Assembly: GCA_016234595.1 (NCBI GenBank)
Contig: JACRBG010000047.1
Location: 1,269-65,268, forward strand
From: Chloroflexota bacterium
GTDB taxonomy: Bacteria > Chloroflexota > Anaerolineae > Aggregatilineales > J027
Direction: 5' to 3'
Length of the DNA stretch: 64,000 bases
Position numbers and translations under genes: made by a program. Positions 52,075 through 60,694 of the stretch are shown one piece after another; within the stretch, counting starts at the first letter, position 1, and the number at the start of each line of letters is the position of its first letter. The notes under the pieces were generated by a model. It saw nothing but the letters and a program-made list of their open reading frames with translations, was not told the DNA's origin and did not search any database.

Positions 52075-53513
52075 GGGTTCACTTGCTCCTTCTGCTGTGC
52101 CAATTCACTTGCAAGTTCAAAAGCATCAATAATTTTATAATAGCCAGTACACCGACAAAGATTGCCAGAAATACTTTGAGCAACTTGGTCGCGGGTGGGG
52201 TGGGGGTGTTCCTCTAACAATTTTGCCCCGGACATGAGAAAGCCGGGTGTACAAAAACCACACTGGACACCGCCAGTTTGCATAAAGGCCTCTTGGATGG
52301 GGTGTAGGGTGCTCGCATCGGCCAATCCCTCCACCGTGCTAATTTCCGCCCCATGTGCGCGTGGGGCCGGTATCATACACGCCATGACGGCTACACCATC
52401 TAAATAGACGGTACAGGCGCCACATTCCCCTTCGGCACAGCCCTCCTTTGTGCCTGTCAGGTGAACATCATCGCGCAAAAAGCGTAGTAGGGTTTTGTTG
52501 GACGCGCCTGTAACCGTGTATTTTTCGCCATTGACCGTCGTGACAATGGTATCACTGGCATCATCTTCATGGCGGACGGCGGCGGGTAGGAGGGCATGAT
52601 TGGGTGTGCGTTTTGCTCCCCACAGCATAGCTGGATTAGCAGGCCAGTTCGCTCGTTCTTGCTTATCCCGTAGTAGCCGTAGCGCACGGGCTGTCAACAC
52701 TTTAACCATCTCGGTGCGATAGGCGGCAGGGGCGCGCACATCGGTGATGGGTCTGGGGGTGGCGCCAGCTAGTTTGGCCGCCTCGGCAATAGTGGCATCG
52801 TTAAGGGTTTGCCCTTGCAAATAGGTTTCCGCATCGGGCACACGGATAATGGTAGGGGCAACACTGCCGAGTGTGATACGAGCATGGGTGATGGTGTCTC
52901 CCTCAAACCCAAGGATCACGGCAATATTCACCACGGAAATGGCTTGTGCTCGGCGTAATCCTAATTTTAGGAACACCCCCCGTTCATTTTCGGCCAATGG
53001 CTTAAATTGAATCGCGGTAAGCAATTCATCGGGCTGCATGGCGGTTTTCCGCACACCCTTGTAAAACTCGGCAAAATTGAGGGTACGCTGACCATTGGTT
53101 GATGAAAGTGTTACTGTCCCATCTAAGGCCCATAAAGGTGTGATGGTGTCGTTAGCAGGGCTGGCTGTAATGAGATTACCAGCGACCGTGGCTCGATTGC
53201 GAATTTGCGGTGCACCAACCTCCCAACAGGCTTGGGCCAATGGGAGTGCCCGCTCCACCATTAAATCACTGGCGACTACCTGATTGTGGGTTACAAGGGG
53301 GCCAAGCTGAATGGTTTGACCATCGGACGAAATCGTGTCGAGATCGGACAGGCGTGTAATGTCAATCAACGTTTCAAGGCCGGGACGTTGATGACGTTCT
53401 ATCTCAATCAAAATATCGGTTGCGCCAGCGACAACACGAGCGCTTTCGCGATGCTGGGCTAATAAATCTAAGGCCTCACCTAGATTGGTGACACTAAAGT
53501 AGTTTTTCCACAT
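52071..53513 (-). CDS. Fused FAD-binding (CoxM/XdhB-like) and [2Fe-2S] (CoxS/XdhC-like) subunit of a molybdenum hydroxylase
   Basis: N-terminus VVAGATDILIEIE, ATVAGNL, DVRAPAAYR. C-terminus GCAEGECGACTV, QCGFCTPGF, GNLCRCTGY. Confidence 0.9.
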   Translation of the reverse strand: MWKNYFSVTNLGEALDLLAQHRESARVVAGATDILIEIERHQRPGLETLIDITRLSDLDTISSDGQTIQLGPLVTHNQVVASDLMVERALPLAQACWEVGAPQIRNRATVAGNLITASPANDTITPLWALDGTVTLSSTNGQRTLNFAEFYKGVRKTAMQPDELLTAIQFKPLAENERGVFLKLGLRRAQAISVVNIAVILGFEGDTITHARITLGSVAPTIIRVPDAETYLQGQTLNDATIAEAAKLAGATPRPITDVRAPAAYRTEMVKVLTARALRLLRDKQERANWPANPAMLWGAKRTPNHALLPAAVRHEDDASDTIVTTVNGEKYTVTGASNKTLLRFLRDDVHLTGTKEGCAEGECGACTVYLDGVAVMACMIPAPRAHGAEISTVEGLADASTLHPIQEAFMQTGGVQCGFCTPGFLMSGAKLLEEHPHPTRDQVAQSISGNLCRCTGYYKIIDAFELASELAQQKEQVNP

Positions 53514-53633
53514 GTAGTTCCCTAAGCCATTTTGCAGTAAAAGGTCGCAAATGCGGCAAGTACGCTAATGTTAGCACATCCAGCAGTCTGTTGCGAAAGA
53601 ATTTGTAAGGTTTTGTGGCGGGCTGCATTCCAT

Positions 53634-53639
53634 TATAAT
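53634..53639 (+). promoter_or_regulatory. Candidate -10 box (TATAAT) upstream of the PrsW::cNMP gene
   Basis: TATAAT at 53634-53639, 31 nt upstream of ATG 53671, within the palindromic ATTATAAT. Weak -35 (TTTTGT, 17-nt spacer). Confidence 0.3.
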
Positions 53640-53670
53640 CTAACTAACGATCCTATCTCGAAAGCGCGGC

Positions 53671-55485
53671 ATGAATTTTTCAACGCTTATCGCCTATTTA
53701 ATTGCCATTGCCATCCCGACTCTCACCATTTACCTGTTCTACGCTTTTGATTTGTATGGCACAGGTAGAATTAGCACGGTCTTGGTAAGTTTTGGCTGGG
53801 GGGTGGTCGGCGCTTTTGGCATTGCGAACCTGACCTATCGGTTATTGCTGGGGGGTATTGAATTTACCCAATTAACCACCTTGTTCGCCCCGACGCTTGA
53901 GGAAATGCTGAAGTCGTTCGTTCTCATCTATCTCGTTTTTCAACCACGCTTCCGCTATATCGTGGATGGCACAATTTATGGGATTGCTGTCGGCATTGGT
54001 TTTGCTATGTCCGAAACGGCCTTTATTTATTTGCCGGATGCCGGCAACGCCGCCCTTTCCACCGCGATCAGCCGCGTACTTTCAACCTCCTTGATGCACG
54101 CAACCGCTAGTGCCATGGTCGGGATTATGTTCGGACGCTATCGGCGGGCGACCAGTCAAAATAAACGCCTGTTTCCTTTTATGGGGCTTGTACTGGCTAT
54201 TCTTGTTCATACCATTTACAACGTCGGCCTGACCCAAATTGAAGATTATAGTGCTGGACGATTTTTGCTCCTATTTGCCATTACCTTAGGTTTTTCGGGC
54301 AGTGCTTTAATTGCTTTGGTGATGAATCAAGGCCTCCAAGAAGAAAAGCGCCGCTTTGAACAAACGCTCGGTTTAGATGTTGGGGTTTCTGAGGGTGAAC
54401 GTAAGGCTGTTCAGCGACTTGGCGGTAATGGTATTGAGCAGATTTTGAATGAGATGAAAGAGTTTTTTGGGCAGGAAAATATTGCCCTCATCCGTCGCTT
54501 GCTGGTTGTTCAAGCCAATATGGGAATATTGCAGAATAATCTCAAAAGCCAAGTCAGTGATCGCCTAAAACGGGCTTGGCAGGAAGAAATTGCCGAATAT
54601 CAGCGCGAAAATGATGAAATCCGTACTCAGTTGGGTGTGTATGTCACCAGTTTTATGCGGCGCGTGTTTCCGGCTGAAGATCAAACATTATGGGATACGG
54701 TCAATTCTGAGCTTGCCAATTACGACCCTACATTGGTGCATACCTTTGATATGTTTATGCGCGTTTCCGAATTGGCCGAAACCTTTACGGTTGACCAGTT
54801 GTCCGCGATGGCTGAGCGCCTGAGCCATATGGAAATTTTCCGGAATGTCTCCCTCACCAATCTCGAAAACCTGTGTCGGGCCATTGTGGTCGAAAACTAT
54901 TCGGATGGATCGGTGATTTTTGATCTAGGGGACATGGGCGATTCAATGTATATGATTGAAAGCGGGCGTATCAATGCCTATTTGACATCGAATAAGGACA
55001 GCGAAGAAAAATTTCTACGGAGTTTTCGGGCTGGCGATGTGGTTGGTGAATTTTCCTTACTGGATGGTCAACCCCGTTCAGCGCGGGCTTTGGCAATGGG
55101 CGATGTCAAAGTGCTGGTACTCCAACGTCAGGCTTTTATGATGTTCGTGCAAAGTCGTCCCCAAGTCGTCCTAGCTATGTTGCAATATCTGGCCGATAAA
55201 TTGCGCTACACTACCGCCTCGGTGGAGGCCAGCACCAGTTGGGCCACCCGCATTGCACAGGGCAATTATGATGACCCTTATATTTTTAATCCCCCGGTTT
55301 CCAATTTGCCTGTGCCGGATGATCCTCCGCCTGCCCTCGAACCGAATGATCTTTCGGAAGATACTCCGGTGATTATTGGTGCATTATTGGTACGGGCAGC
55401 GAGTGTTTTGAAAGAACGTGAACGGACACTACGCAAACGCATTAGTGATACATGGAAGCGTGTGACCATCAACGAACAAACATGA
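53671..55485 (+). CDS. PrsW-family intramembrane protease domain fused to a cyclic-nucleotide-binding (CAP_ED) domain
   Basis: N-terminal roughly 7 TM helices with APTLEEMLKSF (EE motif), LMHATASAMVG and LVHTIYN. C-terminal aa 383-515 FRNVSL...GDSMYMIESGRI...GEFSLLDGQPRSARALA (intact phosphate-binding cassette). Confidence 0.8.
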   Translation: MNFSTLIAYLIAIAIPTLTIYLFYAFDLYGTGRISTVLVSFGWGVVGAFGIANLTYRLLLGGIEFTQLTTLFAPTLEEMLKSFVLIYLVFQPRFRYIVDGTIYGIAVGIGFAMSETAFIYLPDAGNAALSTAISRVLSTSLMHATASAMVGIMFGRYRRATSQNKRLFPFMGLVLAILVHTIYNVGLTQIEDYSAGRFLLLFAITLGFSGSALIALVMNQGLQEEKRRFEQTLGLDVGVSEGERKAVQRLGGNGIEQILNEMKEFFGQENIALIRRLLVVQANMGILQNNLKSQVSDRLKRAWQEEIAEYQRENDEIRTQLGVYVTSFMRRVFPAEDQTLWDTVNSELANYDPTLVHTFDMFMRVSELAETFTVDQLSAMAERLSHMEIFRNVSLTNLENLCRAIVVENYSDGSVIFDLGDMGDSMYMIESGRINAYLTSNKDSEEKFLRSFRAGDVVGEFSLLDGQPRSARALAMGDVKVLVLQRQAFMMFVQSRPQVVLAMLQYLADKLRYTTASVEASTSWATRIAQGNYDDPYIFNPPVSNLPVPDDPPPALEPNDLSEDTPVIIGALLVRAASVLKERERTLRKRISDTWKRVTINEQT

Positions 55486-55508
55486 GTATTTGCCACCCCT
55501 ATGGTGTT

Positions 55509-56711
55509 TTACACCTTCACGATAATTGGTTCCGTTTGTGGGGCGGCAAGCCATTCCATGCCATCTTCTGTTACCAACACATCTTCTTCAAGCGCGACTA
55601 GGCCGTAATGAGGCACTTGTACACCTAATTCGAGTGTATAGATATTGCCAACTTCCAGCAGGCCCTGCGGACTTTGCCCATATTTTTCCCACATCGGCCC
55701 TAACAAGGTCGAACCGTCATGCACAGTGCGGCCAATTTGATGCCCGGTGGCGTGCATAAATTCAGGGTAGCTGTTTTGGATGATATGTTGACGGGCGGCG
55801 GTATCAATGGCGTTACCTGTGACCCCCGGTCGCATAATATCGGCGGCAGCTTGAATCGCTCCCCAGACGACCTTGAAGCCATCCAAAATGGATTGGGGTA
55901 CGCTGGTTTCTCCGGCAGGCTGCAAATACCACACACGCTGCATATCCGAAACATAATCTTCAAAATAGACACCCAAATCAACATGCACCAACTGTCCAGC
56001 CCGCGACACATATTTATCGGATGGAGCAGCATGGCCGATGGGGGAGTCGGGGCCACAGTTCACAATCGGGCAATATTCTGGTTCCCACGCTGGGGTGAGA
56101 CCACGTTTGGTCATTTCAGCATGAATGAATGCGGCGATTTCCAATTCGTGCAGGCCGGGGCGCAGATAGGCGGTGATTTGCGCAATAATTTCTTCGGTGG
56201 CCTTGACCGCTTGACGAATACGAGCAATTTCAGTGGCCGATTTACGACCTCGTAGCGAATTGAGGATGCCCTCGGCGGAAATGAGCTCATAGGACGTACC
56301 TTGCAGATAGCGCTTTAAAATCATATACATCCCATGCGACAGCCCATCCGCCGCCGAGTCGTTTTCGGAATAATTGAGGGCGATTTGACGGGGGTGAAGT
56401 CGCTCCAAAACCCGATTCAATTCCGGCTGGATACTTTGGTCATAGCCAATGATTTCGGTAAAACCACCGATGCGCTCAATGTTTTCCACGTCATAGCGCC
56501 CGACGATGGCAATTTTTTCGCCTGTGCGGGTAATAATAAAGGCGGATTGCCACGTCAAATTCATGCCGACAATTAAGCCAAGGGCGGGGTCAGCATTGTG
56601 GGCGGTTTCGCGCACAAAGGTCATCCATGCATCAATCTGTTTTTCTTGAAGAATCTCGACTGCCTGATTTAATTTTTCAAGCTGAATGCTAAAATCGGTC
56701 ATTCTGCCCAT
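55509..56711 (-). CDS. M24-family Xaa-Pro aminopeptidase/dipeptidase
   Basis: VHVDLGVYFEDYVSDMQR (Asp pair region), GHQIGRTVHD, YTLELG, LVALEEDVLVTE. Alternative start ATG 56702. Confidence 0.88.
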   Translation of the reverse strand: MGRMTDFSIQLEKLNQAVEILQEKQIDAWMTFVRETAHNADPALGLIVGMNLTWQSAFIITRTGEKIAIVGRYDVENIERIGGFTEIIGYDQSIQPELNRVLERLHPRQIALNYSENDSAADGLSHGMYMILKRYLQGTSYELISAEGILNSLRGRKSATEIARIRQAVKATEEIIAQITAYLRPGLHELEIAAFIHAEMTKRGLTPAWEPEYCPIVNCGPDSPIGHAAPSDKYVSRAGQLVHVDLGVYFEDYVSDMQRVWYLQPAGETSVPQSILDGFKVVWGAIQAAADIMRPGVTGNAIDTAARQHIIQNSYPEFMHATGHQIGRTVHDGSTLLGPMWEKYGQSPQGLLEVGNIYTLELGVQVPHYGLVALEEDVLVTEDGMEWLAAPQTEPIIVKV

Positions 56712-56785
56712 ATCCTTTGGTGTTTAGTTTGAACGGCGCGAGTATACCATCGGTTCTTTTTTCACCCACTAATGAGGTTATGTTC

Positions 56786-57631
56786 ATGACTGCCAAGCGA
56801 ATGCTGCTGTCTTTTGCCCATCCCGATGATGAAACCTTTGGCATGGGTGGGGTTATTGCCAAATATGCCCATGAGGGTGTTGAGATTTCCCTCATTTGTT
56901 CCACACAAGGCGACCGGGGAACCATCCCCCCTGAATTTTTGGAAAGGCATGGCTCGGTGTCGGCAGTACGGTATGCTGAATTGGAATGTGCCGCTCAAAA
57001 ATTAGGGATTCAACAGCTTTTTCGACTCGGCTATAGTGACAGTGGCATGATGGGTACACCCGATAATGACCATCCCGATTGTTTGTGGCAGGCTAATGAG
57101 GAAGAGGTAGTCAGCAAAATTGTAGCGGTCATTCGACAGGTCAAACCTCAGATCGTTGTGACTTTTGACGCTTTTGGCGGTTATGGACATCCCGACCATA
57201 TTTTTATGTATCGGACAACCACGAAAGCCTTTTTTGCAGCGGGAGATGCCGCCCAATATCCTGATGCTGGCCCAGCCTATGCCCCGCAAAAACTTTACTA
57301 TATGCCCGCTAAAAAACTTTTGATCGGGCTAGGGGTTATCCGCTCCCTCATTCAACGCCAAAATCCGCGCAAAATTGGGGCTAACCGCGATATTGACCTG
57401 ATTGCCATTTTGCAAAATGTGCCCCCGACCCATACCACTATTCAGGTGGGCAAGTTTTTAGAGATTTGGGATGAGGCCAATCGTTGCCACGCCAGCCAAT
57501 GGCAACAACCCCCCATGCGCAAATGGCTACGCCAACTCATTTATTCGGGACAGAGTTTTGTGCGGGTTGCGCCTAAAACGTCGCGGTGGGGGCGGCGTGA
57601 AACCGACTTCTTTGCGGAGGTTCAGATTTAA
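56786..57631 (+). CDS. PIG-L / LmbE-family N-acetylglucosaminyl deacetylase
   Basis: Start re-set to ATG 56786 (GAGG 8 nt upstream). LLSFAHPDDETFGMGG and FDAFGGYGHPDHI zinc-site motifs. Confidence 0.85.
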   Translation: MTAKRMLLSFAHPDDETFGMGGVIAKYAHEGVEISLICSTQGDRGTIPPEFLERHGSVSAVRYAELECAAQKLGIQQLFRLGYSDSGMMGTPDNDHPDCLWQANEEEVVSKIVAVIRQVKPQIVVTFDAFGGYGHPDHIFMYRTTTKAFFAAGDAAQYPDAGPAYAPQKLYYMPAKKLLIGLGVIRSLIQRQNPRKIGANRDIDLIAILQNVPPTHTTIQVGKFLEIWDEANRCHASQWQQPPMRKWLRQLIYSGQSFVRVAPKTSRWGRRETDFFAEVQI

Positions 57632-57692
57632 CCCGATGAGTTTTATGAGAAATTTTGCGGTTCTCAAAAGGGATTGGTATATTTGGCACAAA

Positions 57693-57706
57693 GTGGACTA
57701 GTCCAC
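57693..57706. promoter_or_regulatory. Perfect 14-bp palindrome GTGGACTAGTCCAC upstream of the ABC substrate-binding gene
   Basis: Read directly at 57693-57706, 39 nt upstream of ATG 57745 and 62 nt after the PIG-L stop. Confidence 0.35.
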
Positions 57707-57744
57707 CCTATACCAGTCCTTAAATTTTTTGGGAGAACCACAGC

Positions 57745-59520
57745 ATGAAACGATATTTGCTTTTGTTAGTGGCTTTCATTTTAGTATTCAGCGCAGTGGG
57801 TACGTTTAGCACCGCTAAGCCTGTTGCGAAAGCTCAAGATGCTCCTTCTGGAACATTCCTCGGGACATGGCCCTACACCCTCCCACCCGATCATCACCTC
57901 AACGGTTTTGATGCAAGTGGTTTAGACACCAACCTCGGGGTTATTTACCGCCAAATTGTGGAATTGACCCCAGCCTTCTATATGTGGGCGACGAACGAAT
58001 ATGTACCTATGCTGGCGACGGAATGGGGTTTTACCGACGACAACACCGCCTACTATATCAAACTACGTGAAGATGCCCATTGGAGTGATGGTTCAGCCAT
58101 TACTGCTGATGACGTGGTTGCGACCTATGCACTGGCACGTATTACCAATTACTTCTCAGTCTTCAGCGCCGGATACGTCTCTGATGTCGTAAAGGTAGAT
58201 GATTACACTGTCAAATTCATCTTTGCTGGCGAACCTTCATTAGTTGCGGAGCGTGCTATCCTCAAGAGCAGCATCAGCGCCGCCGCAAGCTATGGTGATC
58301 TGCCCCAACGCGCCCTTGACCTTATCGCCAGTGGTGCCGCCTCCGACAGCGAAGAGTGGACCGCCCTTAAGACTGAAATTACTGAATTCCGCCCCGCGCA
58401 ACTGCTTGCCAGCGGCCCCTATACCTACTCGCTAGATGATGTCAGTGACACCTATATGACCCTGCGTTGGCAGCCCAACAGCATCTTCTCCGATAGCGTT
58501 AAGTTTGGGGAAATCCGTCTATGGGCAGGTGAAACCGAAGCGACAACTCCGCTAGTACTGAGTGGTGATATTGCCCATTCAACCAATGTCTATCCGCCTT
58601 CAACCCAACAGGCGTTTGCCGACGCGGGTATCCGCTTGCTGATTATGCCCCGCATGTACGGTCCGGCTTTGCTGTTTAACTATGATGTGTATCCATTCAA
58701 CATCAAAGAAGTCCGTCAGGCCATTGCCTACTTGATTGACCGTGAACAAAGTGCCTTCCTGACCAATGGCCTCGGCGCGACAGGCACCGTGTATATGTGC
58801 GGCCTGCTGGATTCATCGGTACCAACCCTGCTCAATCAGGCGGATATTGACGCCCTCAATCACTATGAACTCAATCGTGATAAAGCTGCCGAACTGCTGC
58901 AAAGTGTTGGCTTCTCCAAGAACTCTGATGGCAAGTGGGCCGATGCTGATGGCAAGGTCATTGCCGCCGAGTATAAGTTCCCAGCCGAATTTGCCGACTT
59001 CTCAGCTGCGGCCCAAGACGCCGTTGACCAAATGAATCAATTTGGTTTTGACATCACCCCCGTCTCCACCCCGTGGCAGCAAACGGCCCAAGACATCCGC
59101 GATGGCAATTTTGAACTCTCGGTTTGGAGCTGGGCCGCTGGTTCACCCTTCGCCAGTCGTCAATTCTTTGGCCCCATCCAACGCTTTAATTATGTTGGCC
59201 TGACTGATGGTCAAAAGGGCATGGACTTCCCGATGGAATTTGACTATAACGGGACGACCATCAACCTTGACCAGATGATTAAAGATGCCAGCAATGGCCT
59301 TGATCTGGAAGTTCAAAAACAACGTGCTGGTGAAATTGCCAAGATCATTAATGACTTGATGCCTTTCATCCCGTTGAATGTCATCCTCAGCACCGAGCCA
59401 TGGAACGAAAACCTGCTCTCTGGTGCTCCTGCCGATGATGATCCCATCCTCCAGAACCCCAGCGCCGACCACTTTATCGTGCTCTATCTGTTGAACGGGA
59501 CGATTGCCCCTGCCAACTAG
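57745..59520 (+). CDS. ABC transporter substrate-binding protein, family 5 (peptide/nickel type)
   Basis: Signal peptide MKRYLLLLVAFILVFSAVGTFSTAKP. 591 aa with SBP_bac_5-like pattern (KLREDAHWSDGSAITADDV, VRQAIAYLIDRE). Confidence 0.88.
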   Translation: MKRYLLLLVAFILVFSAVGTFSTAKPVAKAQDAPSGTFLGTWPYTLPPDHHLNGFDASGLDTNLGVIYRQIVELTPAFYMWATNEYVPMLATEWGFTDDNTAYYIKLREDAHWSDGSAITADDVVATYALARITNYFSVFSAGYVSDVVKVDDYTVKFIFAGEPSLVAERAILKSSISAAASYGDLPQRALDLIASGAASDSEEWTALKTEITEFRPAQLLASGPYTYSLDDVSDTYMTLRWQPNSIFSDSVKFGEIRLWAGETEATTPLVLSGDIAHSTNVYPPSTQQAFADAGIRLLIMPRMYGPALLFNYDVYPFNIKEVRQAIAYLIDREQSAFLTNGLGATGTVYMCGLLDSSVPTLLNQADIDALNHYELNRDKAAELLQSVGFSKNSDGKWADADGKVIAAEYKFPAEFADFSAAAQDAVDQMNQFGFDITPVSTPWQQTAQDIRDGNFELSVWSWAAGSPFASRQFFGPIQRFNYVGLTDGQKGMDFPMEFDYNGTTINLDQMIKDASNGLDLEVQKQRAGEIAKIINDLMPFIPLNVILSTEPWNENLLSGAPADDDPILQNPSADHFIVLYLLNGTIAPAN

Positions 59521-59540
59521 TCGAGTATCATGAACTACAT

Positions 59541-59580
59541 ATTGGGGGCGATTGATAAGATTGCCCCCAATTCCATTTTT
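59541..59580 (+). terminator. Rho-independent terminator/attenuator between the substrate-binding and permease genes
   Basis: ATTGGGGGC (59541-59549) pairs with GCCCCCAAT (59563-59571), 13-nt loop, followed by TCCATTTTTCTT. Confidence 0.6.
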
Positions 59581-59603
59581 CTTGCCAATCCGAGGGGATT
59601 CCT

Positions 59604-60692
59604 ATGGGTGCTGTTCCTTTGCCCGTGAGCATGAGTAAAAACATGGGCTTATGGTCACAAGTTAAAAAAGTGCTGGGCGGGGTCTATAAAAGTTATACTT
59701 TTCGGGTCACCATTCAAGGTTTTTTGACCCTGTGGGTGGTCACGACCTGCACCTTTTATATGATTCGCAAAATGCCCAACAACCCAATTCAGGTCAAGAT
59801 TGAAGAATTTCAGACCAAGCAGAATTTGCCCTATGAAGAAGCCCGGGCGAAGGTTGCTGGGTTATATGACTACGACCCCGATGCGCCATTCATTGAGCAA
59901 TATATGGATTACATGGGCGATTTAGCCCATGGCAATTTGGGCAAGTCTATAACCACTGGCCGCACCCCGGTTTCGCAACAAATCACCAAATATCTGCCAT
60001 GGACATTATTTGCTGTTGGCATGGGCTTGCTCATCAGTTTTGTCATGGGGGTGTTGGCTGGCGCGGCGATGGCCTATTGGCGCGGAAGTGTGTTTGATAA
60101 TGTCATGACTGCCTTTGCCTCGATTAGTTATGGAATCCCCGACTTCGTGATTGCTTTTATGATTTTGCTGATTGGCGGCATCCAACTGGAAATATTTAAG
60201 GTAGGTGACTACATCGGGGGTGTTGACCCGCAATTAAAAGCTGGTTTCAATCCCGACTATATCCAAAGTCTTTTTAAACACGCCCTACTGCCCGTGACGA
60301 CCTATGTGCTGGCGAGTGTGGGGGGGTGGATGCTCACTATGAAAAGCAGCACCATTTCAACCCTCGGCGAAGACTATATCACAGTGGCCCATGCCCGTGG
60401 CCTCAGCCAACGTCGTATTTTATTTGGCTATGTGGGCCGGAATGCCATGCTGCCTTTGATGACACGCTTGGCGATTAGTGTGGGCTTTATTTTAAGCGGT
60501 AGCATCATTATCGAAACTATTTTCATTTATCCGGGACTTGGTAAATATCTTTTTGAAATGATAGGTCGCCGTGATTACACCACCATTCAAGGTATTTTCC
60601 TAGTGACCTCTGCTGCGGTGGTCGTTTCCAATATTTTGGCAGATTTGCTCTTTGGGGTACTCGATCCACGTGTTCGGGTAGGGGGCAAATAG
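59604..60692 (+). CDS. ABC transporter permease (DppB/OppB-like)
   Basis: BPD_transp_1 pattern EDYITVAHARGLSQRRILFGYVGRNAMLPLMT. GGGGA SD. Alternative downstream ATG starts exist. Confidence 0.9.
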   Translation: MGAVPLPVSMSKNMGLWSQVKKVLGGVYKSYTFRVTIQGFLTLWVVTTCTFYMIRKMPNNPIQVKIEEFQTKQNLPYEEARAKVAGLYDYDPDAPFIEQYMDYMGDLAHGNLGKSITTGRTPVSQQITKYLPWTLFAVGMGLLISFVMGVLAGAAMAYWRGSVFDNVMTAFASISYGIPDFVIAFMILLIGGIQLEIFKVGDYIGGVDPQLKAGFNPDYIQSLFKHALLPVTTYVLASVGGWMLTMKSSTISTLGEDYITVAHARGLSQRRILFGYVGRNAMLPLMTRLAISVGFILSGSIIIETIFIYPGLGKYLFEMIGRRDYTTIQGIFLVTSAAVVVSNILADLLFGVLDPRVRVGGK

Positions 60693-60694
60693 AT

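Noticed and set aside
53514-53670. Possible purine riboswitch in the 157-nt leader of the xanthine-dehydrogenase-like operon
   Set aside because: Reading the minus strand, I could not find the conserved purine-riboswitch core (the junction and loop-loop motifs around UAUAAU...GGAUAUGGC...CCGUAAAU...) or a three-helix junction. The region only contains a palindromic ATTATAAT -10-like element.
53671-55485. cNMP-binding membrane protein as a Pycsar/CBASS-like antiphage effector
   Set aside because: Pycsar-type effectors are encoded next to their nucleotide cyclase. Here the neighbours are a Mo-hydroxylase operon (divergent) and an M24 peptidase (convergent), with no cyclase and no other defence genes. 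The TM part also carries protease motifs rather than a simple pore-forming TM bundle.
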